A stretch of DNA of 64,000 nt from the IMG/VR virus record IMGVR_UViG_3300028048_000042; one strand, 5' to 3'. The first letter of the stretch is position 1; every line of letters starts with the position of its first letter. The stretch comes from a virus (taxonomy: Duplodnaviria; Caudoviricetes). Of the stretch, positions 1 to 9,673 are shown piece by piece. The position numbers were made by a program, and so were the translations under genes. The notes under the pieces were generated by a model. It was not told the DNA's origin. It saw only the letters and a program-made list of their open reading frames with translations, and did not search any database.

Positions 1-3
1 GTT

Positions 4-1038
4 ATGGCATACAACGATTTGAGAAAGAAGATTTTTGGCTATATAAATAACATTGAGTATGTAAAACAAGGTACAATCAATTATTTTATCACATCGGACA
101 GCAATGATTATTCTACAATAGAAAGAGTTTTTGATAGTTGTGGGTATGATGATTACAATCTAAAATTCAGTGTGCAGGAATTAACATTTAAGTTGAGTGT
201 GCCAATTAAGGTGCAATTTAGAGAACCTGCAAGTAATGTAATTATTACATTCAGAACAGATATGAATATAGATTGCAAAAGTGATGTATTATTCTATGAT
301 GATAACTATGTTATTGGAAATCCTCGAATTAATTACAATATTGATTGTGATACATTGAAATATAGCTATACTGATAAAGGCTTAAATTTGATTGCGCAGA
401 CAGGTTATGAAAAGCTAAATGGAAAATGGTTTTTGAGATTTAGTAATGCAATGAAGAGCTACACCAAAGATGACTATGCAGATTTCAAACAATGTACATT
501 GTATTTAAATTCTTCTAGGATATACAACCTTAAACCTGAAGATGTATATGGAAAAGGAACAAAGAGAACCACATTTATGTATCGTGACCTTTGTAGAATG
601 AGAGCAATAAGGGTAGAATATAACCTTGTAGATTTAATGTTGTATAAAGACGGAGAACTGTTGATAACAAGAATTAATACAGAACTAAAACAACAGGTAT
701 CTCAAAAGACCGAGAAAACACATTTGTTTTATGAAAAGTATAATGCATATACAGCAGAACAGTTGATGACGTTTGAAACTTTGTTGATGCAAGCACATCA
801 GTACAAAAAAACAGAAAGGACAATGTATATCTATACAATTAGTGATAGAGATAGTGTAAGTGTAGGTGGCATTACGAGCAAATGGAGAGAAATGCAACCC
901 ATTACAAGTATTAGTAGTACCCCTGATAAAGTAAGGAATAGTTTCATGCTGAGTTATACGTATCAATATCCATTGAACATAAAAAATAGGCAGAATTATT
1001 TGAAAGATTTGTATATACGTGACCAAAGTGGGGAATAA
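4..1038 (+). CDS. Hypothetical protein (possibly virion-associated; may start upstream of the window)
   Basis: 344-aa ORF followed by a terminator; no recognised motif. Confidence 0.55.
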   Translation: MAYNDLRKKIFGYINNIEYVKQGTINYFITSDSNDYSTIERVFDSCGYDDYNLKFSVQELTFKLSVPIKVQFREPASNVIITFRTDMNIDCKSDVLFYDDNYVIGNPRINYNIDCDTLKYSYTDKGLNLIAQTGYEKLNGKWFLRFSNAMKSYTKDDYADFKQCTLYLNSSRIYNLKPEDVYGKGTKRTTFMYRDLCRMRAIRVEYNLVDLMLYKDGELLITRINTELKQQVSQKTEKTHLFYEKYNAYTAEQLMTFETLLMQAHQYKKTERTMYIYTISDRDSVSVGGITSKWREMQPITSISSTPDKVRNSFMLSYTYQYPLNIKNRQNYLKDLYIRDQSGE

Positions 1039-1041
1039 ACG

Positions 1042-1081
1042 AAAAAGAGGTATGTCATATTTTCAAGACACACCTCTTTTT
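1042..1081 (+). terminator. Rho-independent terminator
   Basis: AAAAAGAGGT-A-TGTC ... GACA-C-ACCTCTTTTT hairpin with T tail directly after the stop at 1038. Confidence 0.7.
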
Positions 1082-1091
1082 GTTAAAAGTG

Positions 1092-1120
1092 TTGACAGGA
1101 GAGAGGTTTTTTGGTATATT
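1092..1120 (+). promoter_or_regulatory. SigA/sigma70-type promoter
   Basis: TTGACA (1092-1097), 17-nt spacer, extended -10 TG-G-TATATT (1115-1120), about 30 nt upstream of ORF 1152. Confidence 0.75.
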
Positions 1121-1151
1121 ATATGTGAAGTAAAAAAAGAAAGGAATTGAA

Positions 1152-2699
1152 TTGAAAATGGAAAACAAACAATTTGGTCAGAGTAAATCATGTGTACTTT
1201 TTCTTTTTGATACTCCAATTCAGTTGTCGGCAGAAAAGGATGAAGCGACAAAAAGAGAAAAACTTCAGGAGTTAATTAATTTATCTCCAAAGCACATTAG
1301 TTTTAAATCTATTTCAGAATTAGCACGTTTTATGGCTACAATTGACAATGCTATACACGCAAATTCTGCATGGAATATTATCACAAGAAAATTCGATGAT
1401 GACATTAAATGTTACTTGGAATATGAAAATAGTGATTTTGCTGTAAAGAAATTTGTCAGCAGAAAGCATAACCGTGAAGACATACCGTATACAGTGGCAG
1501 GATATAACTACTATATTGTTGTGAGCGATTGTGAAGCTTTTTCTATTGAAGAAGAAAAAGGTGTTGTTGATGAAGCACATAAAATTGTAAGAACTAAATC
1601 TAAACATATTGCGGCAATTAAGAATGATTTGGATTATCACACTGTAGATGGGAAAGAAATCAATTATTATCAGGTAAGAAAAGTATTGAGAGAGGAATAT
1701 CCTGATTTGTTCCTTTGGAAGATTGGAATTCGTGCTTTAAAAAATATGAAGCGTGATATGCCAAAGCAGATTAGCGAAAGCGTTTTTGTACGTGATGAAA
1801 ATGCAAAAATCCTCAACAATATTAGATACTATGAAATGAACCATCGAGGGAAAAAATATAAATGGTATGATTTGGATGATTTCTTCGAAAGAATGAATAT
1901 TAAGCAACAGAAGAGAAAATCTTTTCTTCGAGTTATGGGATTGCATACAACACCTCACGGCGAAAATTATATATTTGTAGTTGGAAAAAATGCAAAAGCC
2001 GAAACTCTGTTGATTGAAGAAACCCAATTATATGCTGTCTGTGTTAATTGGAATGAAACTTTCCGCAATATGGTGTGCGGTAAAATTCTTCCTTCCATCA
2101 ATAAGACAGGAAAATTTGATGTACAGCAGTTGAAACAGGAACAAGAGACTACTGATGCAGTTCCTGTAGATGCTGTTACAGTACCTGTTGAAGTAAATTC
2201 AGCTAATACACTGCCTGATATTGCCAACAATACAATGATTTCTGCTGAAATTGTCAATAAGCAGGCTGCTAAAATCACATCAATTCTCAATCGCTATCAT
2301 GATTATCATGGCTGTTTGACTCCTGTTGATATGGATTATTTGAATGCAACCAAACCTGCATTGCACGATATAATTATTGACACTGTTGTTGTGGCAAAAG
2401 GGCTGAAACTACGTAAAAATGAAGATTGTGTCAATATTTATGAAAAATATCATGAGTTTGTTGAAGGAATGTTTGATTGTGATGATGATTACTTCAATCA
2501 CTTGGTAGATGTTATTATGACATATACTTGTCTTGGAGCACTAAACTTTGACAATCAAATGAGTCTGAATGAAAAGGTCAATTTGATTAACAAAAAATCG
2601 TCTTCTTTTTCTATTCAGAACAAAAAATGCATTTTGAGTAGACAGGCTATTTGGGATGATGTTTTAAAGAAATTTGAGAAAAATGTATTAGATGTATAA
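1152..2699 (+). CDS. Bro-N domain (antirepressor-like) DNA-binding protein
   Basis: LIEETQLYAV...FRNMVCGKILPSINKTGKF resembles the Bro-N C-terminal motif (ESGLY...FKRWVTSEVLPSIRKTGSY); TTG start with AAGGA RBS. Confidence 0.6.
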   Translation: MKMENKQFGQSKSCVLFLFDTPIQLSAEKDEATKREKLQELINLSPKHISFKSISELARFMATIDNAIHANSAWNIITRKFDDDIKCYLEYENSDFAVKKFVSRKHNREDIPYTVAGYNYYIVVSDCEAFSIEEEKGVVDEAHKIVRTKSKHIAAIKNDLDYHTVDGKEINYYQVRKVLREEYPDLFLWKIGIRALKNMKRDMPKQISESVFVRDENAKILNNIRYYEMNHRGKKYKWYDLDDFFERMNIKQQKRKSFLRVMGLHTTPHGENYIFVVGKNAKAETLLIEETQLYAVCVNWNETFRNMVCGKILPSINKTGKFDVQQLKQEQETTDAVPVDAVTVPVEVNSANTLPDIANNTMISAEIVNKQAAKITSILNRYHDYHGCLTPVDMDYLNATKPALHDIIIDTVVVAKGLKLRKNEDCVNIYEKYHEFVEGMFDCDDDYFNHLVDVIMTYTCLGALNFDNQMSLNEKVNLINKKSSSFSIQNKKCILSRQAIWDDVLKKFEKNVLDV

Positions 2700-2704
2700 A
2701 AAAG

Positions 2705-2735
2705 AAAAAGCGTCACGTTTCGTGACGCTTTTTTT
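2705..2735 (+). terminator. Rho-independent terminator
   Basis: AAAAAGCGTCACG-TTT-CGTGACGCTTTTTTT perfect hairpin. Confidence 0.85.
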
Positions 2736-2794
2736 GTATGAATGTTATATGGTTGAGTGGGAAAAAGTATATTTTTCTTAGAGGTGACAGGGAC

Positions 2795-3832
2795 TTGAAA
2801 CATACAATACAGGTACATATGACAAATTCATGCAATTTAAAGTGTGAGTATTGTTACATAAAACAAAATTCATTATCGTTAACGCAAGATGTTCTTGAAC
2901 AACAGTTGGCAAAGGTCAAGGAATTGTCATATATGCTGAGTGGTTGTGATTGCGAATATGATGTTACTTATTTTGGTGGAGAGCCTTTATTGAAAATTGA
3001 CAATGTGTTAAAGTTTGATGAATATATTTGTGATAATTTTGATGTATGTCACAAATTTATGCAAACGAATGGTATGTTGTTGACAAAAGCAATCAAAGAA
3101 AAATTGGACGATAGAAAAATAAATATAGGAATTAGTTGTGATGGTTGCAATGACCCAAATCATAAAGAGGTCGAAAGATTATATCGAGAAAAAATAATCC
3201 ATATGCATCCTAAAATGATGGTTGATGGTTATAACGTTGGTTCGTTGATGGAAAATATAAAATATTTTTTTGATATGGCGATAAGAACTCAGTGCAGAGA
3301 TTTTTATATAGATGCTTCATTTGTTAAGGATAAAGTTTGGAATAAAAAATCATTAGAAATTCTTAAAACCCAATTAGACGAGTTAAATGATTTTATATTG
3401 TGGGTATATAAAAATTATAATTATTACTTAAAAATTGGATTTTTAGACAGAGTATTGCAAAACATTATCAAAGGGAAACGTGATTTTATTTGCTTCGCAG
3501 GCAGTACAGGATTTAGTATTACGCCAACAGGAGTGATATATCCATGTTCTAGGTTTTACAGTGCAAATGAATACCCTTTATATGATAGTAATAGAAATGA
3601 ATTTTTTTATGACAACATAGATTTCATTAAAAAGAATAATATAACAAAGAATGAAAAGTGTAATGAATGTGCGATAAACAAATATTGTAATCAAGGTTGT
3701 TATTATTCACAAATAAAAAATGGTGGCATTATTGACGAATATTGTGAAGTGCAAAAGATAGCTTTCCATAAAGTGACAGAGTTATACAAAAAATTCAGAA
3801 AATTCTATAATATAGATATAACGAGGATGTAA
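2795..3832 (+). CDS. Radical SAM/SPASM domain protein (maturase-like) 1
   Basis: CNLKCEYC, YFGGEPLL, QTNG; C-terminal SPASM Cys pattern CFAG...PC...CNECAINKYCNQGC...YC. TTG start at 2795 with GAGGTG RBS preferred over track start 2738. Confidence 0.9.
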   Translation: MKHTIQVHMTNSCNLKCEYCYIKQNSLSLTQDVLEQQLAKVKELSYMLSGCDCEYDVTYFGGEPLLKIDNVLKFDEYICDNFDVCHKFMQTNGMLLTKAIKEKLDDRKINIGISCDGCNDPNHKEVERLYREKIIHMHPKMMVDGYNVGSLMENIKYFFDMAIRTQCRDFYIDASFVKDKVWNKKSLEILKTQLDELNDFILWVYKNYNYYLKIGFLDRVLQNIIKGKRDFICFAGSTGFSITPTGVIYPCSRFYSANEYPLYDSNRNEFFYDNIDFIKKNNITKNEKCNECAINKYCNQGCYYSQIKNGGIIDEYCEVQKIAFHKVTELYKKFRKFYNIDITRM

Positions 3833-3834
3833 AT

Positions 3835-4275
3835 ATGCAAATTTTTAAACAGAATTCATCAATGCGTTCGAAAAAATTTAGAATTGACGATAGAGTTGTG
3901 AGGATTTGCGAAGCGAAATGGCGATACGATATTATTATTAATAATATTATTGCCATAAGTGATAATCAAAAATTAAAAAAGTATTTGCCAAAACGTATAG
4001 TATGTAATAGCAACAAAATAGAATATGATTATGTAGAAGGTAGAGATTTGGTAAAAAATTTCAACATCAAAGATAATTTTTTGTATGCTAAAATGCTATA
4101 TAATTTGTATGCAGAAAAAGTTTTTATTGCAGATATGCGAAGGGAAAACGTTATTGTTAATGAAGATGGGATTTGCATAATAGATTTAGATAGGCAACCA
4201 ATCTCTCGAAAAGAATTTTTGTTGTTTCATATTTGGGAGTTTGTTACTTTTGGATTTTTGGAAAATTTTAAGTAG
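3835..4275 (+). CDS. Small protein-kinase-like (RIO/Kdo/APH-like fold) protein 1
   Basis: YDYVEG hinge, catalytic loop IADMRRENVI (DxxxxN), metal-binding IIDLD; paralog of 9674..10165. Confidence 0.65.
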   Translation: MQIFKQNSSMRSKKFRIDDRVVRICEAKWRYDIIINNIIAISDNQKLKKYLPKRIVCNSNKIEYDYVEGRDLVKNFNIKDNFLYAKMLYNLYAEKVFIADMRRENVIVNEDGICIIDLDRQPISRKEFLLFHIWEFVTFGFLENFK

Positions 4276-4286
4276 GTGAGATATTT

Positions 4287-5345
4287 TTGAGAACGCCAAT
4301 GAGTGTATCAATCAATATGGGTAGTGGCTGTAATTTCCGTTGCAAATATTGTTTTGAGGTGAAAAACGGCGCAGTTAATCATCCAAAATCATTAACTGCA
4401 AAAACAAAAGAAAGAACAATTGAGGTTTTGCATTTGTTGCAAGAACTCCACGATTTGCGAATTGAATTTTGGGGTGGAGAACCGTCTGTATATTTCAAAG
4501 ATATAAAAGAAATCATTGATGAATTTACACCTTATGAAAATGTATCATTCTTTATGTATACAAATGGCTCTTTGGTAAGTCAGTATGCGGATGAATTGCT
4601 GGAAATTCATAAGAATGTTGGTCATAGATTTGAAGTGCAGGTATCTTATGATTATCAGAATTTGAGTAACAATCAGAGATTGCAATTAAATAAAACTGTT
4701 GAAGAAACAGATGAAATGGTTCGAGATGCAATTAAATTCTTCGATAGAAATGGATTCAAGTTTGGAACAAAAACGACTTGTACAATGAAGGACTTGGAAG
4801 AAAACATTTATGATATGTATCTAAATTATGAACAGTTAAATTCTGAATTGAAACATAAAGTTCCATTTGTTTGTACTCCTGATACTTTAGGTTCAGGTAG
4901 TATTGATTATGAAAAAATGCACGAACAGTTTGTAAAACTGATTAGATATTTTTTGAAGAATAAGAAATTCAAGCAAACAGGATTTTTGTGGTTTGACCAA
5001 AATGGTAATAAAGATTGTATGGGTGGAGCAAATTCATTCCAAATTGATATAGATGGCAGAGTAACGTATTGTCATGGATGTTTGTATATGAATGATAAGA
5101 TGTTTTATACAAATATTTTTGAGGATAATTTTTTGCATAAAATTGACCATAATTACCTTGTTGCAAATTCAAAATTTACAAAACCTGAACAATGCTTAAA
5201 TTGCAATTCGCAATTTTGCTTCAGATGTAATGCAATTAATAGTAAGGGAAATCCTGATAATTGGGATAAACCAAATTCACCTGAGGTATGCAAGCTGTAT
5301 CGAAAAATTTCTGAATATATAGAAGCATATTTAAGAATGAAATGA
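4287..5345 (+). CDS. Radical SAM/SPASM domain protein (maturase-like) 2
   Basis: CNFRCKYC, FWGGEP, YTNG; C-terminal DC...YCHGC...CLNCNSQFCFRC...VC. Confidence 0.9.
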   Translation: MRTPMSVSINMGSGCNFRCKYCFEVKNGAVNHPKSLTAKTKERTIEVLHLLQELHDLRIEFWGGEPSVYFKDIKEIIDEFTPYENVSFFMYTNGSLVSQYADELLEIHKNVGHRFEVQVSYDYQNLSNNQRLQLNKTVEETDEMVRDAIKFFDRNGFKFGTKTTCTMKDLEENIYDMYLNYEQLNSELKHKVPFVCTPDTLGSGSIDYEKMHEQFVKLIRYFLKNKKFKQTGFLWFDQNGNKDCMGGANSFQIDIDGRVTYCHGCLYMNDKMFYTNIFEDNFLHKIDHNYLVANSKFTKPEQCLNCNSQFCFRCNAINSKGNPDNWDKPNSPEVCKLYRKISEYIEAYLRMK

Positions 5346-5448
5346 ATAATTTTTTAGCTGTAGCACTTTGTTATTTGTTTTTGTGTTTTTTGTATTAAAT
5401 GGATAGAGTGCAATAAAATAAAAAAATAATAATGGAAGTGATACAAAA

Positions 5449-6810
5449 ATGTCAATGACAGCAACTAAGTACATTTCAGCATTTTATCAAATCATAAAAG
5501 ACCCAACAGGCACTTTCCCTATTTGTAGACCATATGGTACAAGCGGAAACGATAAAGGGTATGATTTTGGTACTGCATTTTGGGATGGTACTTATTACAA
5601 AGCAAATGCAGATAATGCTAAAGGATTAGCAGGATTTAATAGACGAGATAAAATGTTGAGAGAGACATTTAGTACGGCTGAACCTATTACTAATGTGGAA
5701 TGGAATCAGTTGATTACGAAACTGAGACAGGAATTCGCAATTCGTTGCGAATTTAATGGTTCATATGTTCCATCTGTAAAAACTGTTGGTGTTACAGAAA
5801 CAGGTGATAGAACAAAATCAGGCTCTGACAATCATCAATTCTTTAGTCCAAAAGATGAAATCCTAAGAGAAGATTATAAGAATATCTATCGTGATATTAT
5901 GAGTTTGCTTGTATATGAAATTCCTGTTGAAGATGCCGTAAATAATCCTCGTCTTCCTATGGATAATTTCTCATTCAACCGCAAAAATACCGCAGGTGGA
6001 TATGGCGGTGATTCATCTAACTTGGATGTTAATCCTAACGCAGAAGCCATTAATGAAGGTACTCGTGTGGGGAATAACTGGTGGACAGGACAGAAAATGC
6101 GTGAATATATGTATAGACACGCAACAGGTGCTACTGCAAATAAGGTTATTACAAGTAATGCTAATAACGGTATTTTGTTGACTATGGGATTACCAAGTGA
6201 CATTTTAACTAATAAGGAATATGGTTATACTACATTTGGTAGCCGTAATGTTGCAGCATATATTCCTGGTTCTGATATGAATACAACAAAAACAGTAAGA
6301 AGTAGCAAAAGACCTTATGGTAATACAGACTATCTTGCAAAAACAGTTGATGAAAATGGCACAACTCATATTTTGAAAAATTCAAATGGATTTTATCAGG
6401 TTTCTCAGGAATTTAAGGATATGGTTGCAAAACGTAAACAGTTCTTGGGTGGTAATGTTAAGGTTAAGTGTACACGTACTGTTTTAACAGGTAAAGATGA
6501 ATATGGTATGCCAAAATATGTAACAGAAAAAGAAGAGCGTGAAATGCCACTTGTAACAGCGTTGACATCTGTTACTGTTTCAGGTAACTATACTGTAGAT
6601 ATTAGCGCAGATAGCGTAGGAAGATATTACATGGCTATGGTAAATCAGTTAGCAAGAACTTGTGTATGTAACTGTAATTATTGCTCTTGCTTTGGTCATG
6701 AAGCTAGTTGTATTTGTTATGTTGTAAAAGTTTCAGGTTGGTGCTATTCTTATCAGTATGATTTTGATGCAAACAGAGGTTGGATTTCACCTGAAACTGT
6801 TGCAAAATAA
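5449..6810 (+). CDS. Probable virion (tail fibre/collar-like) protein with Cys-rich C-terminus; putative rSAM substrate
   Basis: Gly/Thr/Asn-rich; structural-gene-like codon use (GGT, CGT); ITNVEWNQLITKLRQE helix; C-terminal CVCNCNYCSCFGHEASCICYVVKVSGWC. Confidence 0.6.
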   Translation: MSMTATKYISAFYQIIKDPTGTFPICRPYGTSGNDKGYDFGTAFWDGTYYKANADNAKGLAGFNRRDKMLRETFSTAEPITNVEWNQLITKLRQEFAIRCEFNGSYVPSVKTVGVTETGDRTKSGSDNHQFFSPKDEILREDYKNIYRDIMSLLVYEIPVEDAVNNPRLPMDNFSFNRKNTAGGYGGDSSNLDVNPNAEAINEGTRVGNNWWTGQKMREYMYRHATGATANKVITSNANNGILLTMGLPSDILTNKEYGYTTFGSRNVAAYIPGSDMNTTKTVRSSKRPYGNTDYLAKTVDENGTTHILKNSNGFYQVSQEFKDMVAKRKQFLGGNVKVKCTRTVLTGKDEYGMPKYVTEKEEREMPLVTALTSVTVSGNYTVDISADSVGRYYMAMVNQLARTCVCNCNYCSCFGHEASCICYVVKVSGWCYSYQYDFDANRGWISPETVAK

Positions 6811-6825
6811 GAAAGGATTATTTTC

Positions 6826-7098
6826 GTGGAAAAACAGATTACAGAAAAAGAAACAAAAGAATTGGAAACGCAGATTAGACTCTTGTGCGAGTATATGAGT
6901 ATGACAGAAGAGTTTATTAAGCCTATTGATGAAATTGCTTGCAAAGCAATTGATAATATCATTAGCATGACAATGATTAGCCTTGGACGAAAGCATGGGT
7001 TGGATTATACATCTAGTGATAAGTCAAAAATTGATGAAAAGAAAGAAAAATCAATTGATGACATTATGAAAGATATAAATGAAGGGACGAAAGATTAA
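6826..7098 (+). CDS. Small hypothetical protein
   Basis: GTG start with AAAGGA RBS; stop overlaps the next start (TAATG). Confidence 0.7.
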   Translation: MEKQITEKETKELETQIRLLCEYMSMTEEFIKPIDEIACKAIDNIISMTMISLGRKHGLDYTSSDKSKIDEKKEKSIDDIMKDINEGTKD

Positions 7099-7730
7099 TG
7101 GCACAGATGTTATTTTATTCAGGTATTATGAAACAGGGGGAGAAAAATTTCCTTGTTAATCCTTTTGAAAAAATTGTTGGTGAGCCTATTTGCTTGCAGA
7201 AAGATGAATATGTTAGTTTGACAGCAGAAGCATATGACAAATTGGTTAATGTTCTTGATTTAAAGTATCGTGAACCAATGTGCATTGTTTATGTTGAAGG
7301 TACAGTTGATGCTGATACGATGGTTAAACTTGAAGACTTGAAGTTCGTAGAGCAGAAACTTGATGCGACAGAGGAAGAAAAGTTGGATATGTACAAAGAA
7401 AAATCCATTCGCATTATGAATGAAATTATTTCAAGTCAGATGATGATTTCCAACTTTGAATTGTTCCATTTCTTTAAATTGAATCATTATCTTGAAGCAA
7501 AAGGCATTTTCATCATTGATGAAAATCGAGAGGAAGAATACATGAAGGTAATTGAAAGTGGCGATGCAGATACATTGCAGGTTCTTTCTGAATATCTTGA
7601 TGCGCTCGATGAATTTAATGTTATTGATGAAAAATATACAAAATATAAAGAGTATAAGGATAAGGTAAAAGCTGCTCAGACCGCAAAGGAAGTTGAGGAA
7701 GTATTTTATGAGTTTACAGCCAAACTATAA
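7098..7730 (+). CDS. Hypothetical helical protein, possibly a tail-fibre assembly chaperone
   Basis: Acidic helical protein ending KVKAAQTAKEVEEV, reminiscent of Tfa/DUF4376-like C-termini; translationally coupled. Confidence 0.45.
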   Translation: MAQMLFYSGIMKQGEKNFLVNPFEKIVGEPICLQKDEYVSLTAEAYDKLVNVLDLKYREPMCIVYVEGTVDADTMVKLEDLKFVEQKLDATEEEKLDMYKEKSIRIMNEIISSQMMISNFELFHFFKLNHYLEAKGIFIIDENREEEYMKVIESGDADTLQVLSEYLDALDEFNVIDEKYTKYKEYKDKVKAAQTAKEVEEVFYEFTAKL

Positions 7731-8532
7731 AAATATAGTTTATATGACTGATAAATCTTATCTTTTTCAAACTTACGTTTCAATGTTATCTTTGAAACAA
7801 AATAAACGCTGTAATGTGAGTTACAGCGTTTATTTATTATGTATTGAATTTGATGATTTGGGTAAGATTGAGTCATTAAACAGTGAAGATTTTCAAATCA
7901 AACCAATTTATATCAAAAAAAACATATTCAAAAGACCTGATAATGCAGGTGTTGTGTATTATAAGTTGTTATTGCATGAGTTGTTGGATTGCGATGTTGT
8001 TTTTCACATTGATTCTGATACGGTGGTCGTAGATGATGTATCGGATATTTTTGATATAGATATATCTGATTATTATTGTGGTGCAGTAAGAGACAAGATA
8101 AAAGGGTTTAGATATTTTAACGCAGGGAACGTGTTGTTTAATTTGAAAAAAATTAGAGAAGATGTTGTAAATGATACAGACACAATGTATGTTTATTATG
8201 ACAGGTTAAATAAACAGTTGCAAGATGAAAAATGTTTTCTTTGGGAACAAGATGTTTTAAATGAAGCATTTAAAGGGAAAATTAAATATATTCATTATGG
8301 ATATAACTTTTTAGTAAACACATATAGCAAATATGGATTTAATGAATTGGTGAGATTGTATGGAGAACCTGTAAAATCAGAAAATTTAAAAATTTTGCAT
8401 TATGCAAGTTTCCCAAAACCTTGGAAAAGACCCAATTTGTTTGGGCAAATTTGGAAGATGTATGCAGAAGAAACTGCAAATAAGGAAAAAGAAAAAATGA
8501 TATTGAAGGTGGCTTGTCGTGAATTTAAATGA
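7708..8532 (+). CDS. Glycosyltransferase family 8
   Basis: YYKLLLHELL..VFHIDSD (DxD), YFNAGNVLFNL, EQDVLN, ILHYASFPKPW; ATG 7708 with GAGGA RBS. Confidence 0.9.
   Translation: MSLQPNYKNIVYMTDKSYLFQTYVSMLSLKQNKRCNVSYSVYLLCIEFDDLGKIESLNSEDFQIKPIYIKKNIFKRPDNAGVVYYKLLLHELLDCDVVFHIDSDTVVVDDVSDIFDIDISDYYCGAVRDKIKGFRYFNAGNVLFNLKKIREDVVNDTDTMYVYYDRLNKQLQDEKCFLWEQDVLNEAFKGKIKYIHYGYNFLVNTYSKYGFNELVRLYGEPVKSENLKILHYASFPKPWKRPNLFGQIWKMYAEETANKEKEKMILKVACREFK
7800..7835 (+). terminator. Terminator-like hairpin embedded in the 5' part of the GT8 gene
   Basis: AAATAAACGCTGTAA-TGTGAG-TTACAGCGTTTATTT, 15-bp perfect stem. Confidence 0.55.
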
Positions 8533-8572
8533 TAATAATATGTTTTTGTATCAGTTTATCTTGGGGACTGAT

Positions 8573-9661
8573 ATGAAAGTAAAAACTCGAAACCAAGACA
8601 CTATTTTAGTTACTTGCAATATTGTATCAAGGGAAGACAAAAATTATTTGTGGGGAGCAGAGAAGTATTGCGTTAAAATTTGTAAAGCGTTGTCAAAAAA
8701 ATACAAAGTGCATTTGTTTCAACATGCAAAGGATTTTCTTGAATTGGATAATGTAGTTGTGCATTCTAATATAGATAATTTCTTTTCAAAGGAAAGAATG
8801 AAAGTAACTGCAAATAAAGTTAAGGCAGTTGCACCAAAATGTATTCTTTGTAATGCAGGCAGTGGACAGCAAGCATTGTATTGGACTATTATTGCAAAGA
8901 TGGTAAATGTACCAATTATAATGTTCTTTCATAATGAACCTGAATATATGTTAAAAACAATTAGCAATATATGGGGCATGAATTACATTAAGAACCAAAA
9001 AGTTGTAAAAAACTCGCAAAAACTGTATGATATGGTCTTGGAAAATTGCAACAAATTAGCATTTTTGTTACCTCAGTATATTGATAAACGATATGAGAAG
9101 AAATCATATGTTTTTTACAATTGTGTAGAATTACCTGAACACGTTGATGTTGAACAAGAAAGACAGAACATCTTGTATGTTGGTCGTATAAATTCGGATG
9201 TTAAACGTACAGATTTACTAATAGATGCAGTAAAAGATACGGAATATCCATGTTATATTTGTGGATATAATTATTATGGTCAAGGCTATATAGACATGAG
9301 TTGGTATGAAGATACAAATATCCATTATGAAGGGTATCAGGAAAATGTAGCTGATTATTATAAAAATGCTAAAGTTCTTGTAATCCCATCTTTATTGGAA
9401 GGTTTGCCAACAGTTGCTTTAGAAGCTATGTCATATGGTGTTCCTGTGCTTGGATTCAAAGAATGTAAATCAATAAATGATATAGTAAAAGATGGATATA
9501 ATGGTTGGGTAATTGAAAATGATTTGAAGGGGAAAATATCTGAAATTATGTCCATTGAAGATATGACAGAAATTAGAAAAAATTGTATAGAAGAATCAAA
9601 AAAATATAGCATAGAAAAAATCATGGTTGAAATTGAAAAAGCGATAAAATCATGTCGGTAA
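8573..9661 (+). CDS. Glycosyltransferase family 4 (GT-B)
   Basis: WGAEKY, ILYVGRI...K, VIPSLLEGLPTVALEAMSYGVPV, IVKDGYNGW; ATG 8573 preferred over 8519. Confidence 0.9.
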   Translation: MKVKTRNQDTILVTCNIVSREDKNYLWGAEKYCVKICKALSKKYKVHLFQHAKDFLELDNVVVHSNIDNFFSKERMKVTANKVKAVAPKCILCNAGSGQQALYWTIIAKMVNVPIIMFFHNEPEYMLKTISNIWGMNYIKNQKVVKNSQKLYDMVLENCNKLAFLLPQYIDKRYEKKSYVFYNCVELPEHVDVEQERQNILYVGRINSDVKRTDLLIDAVKDTEYPCYICGYNYYGQGYIDMSWYEDTNIHYEGYQENVADYYKNAKVLVIPSLLEGLPTVALEAMSYGVPVLGFKECKSINDIVKDGYNGWVIENDLKGKISEIMSIEDMTEIRKNCIEESKKYSIEKIMVEIEKAIKSCR

Positions 9662-9673
9662 AGGGATATTGAT

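Noticed and set aside
5346-5448. Conserved phage late-promoter motif upstream of structural genes
   Set aside because: TGTAT-like words occur in several intergenic regions, but I could not define a consistent motif or spacing by eye
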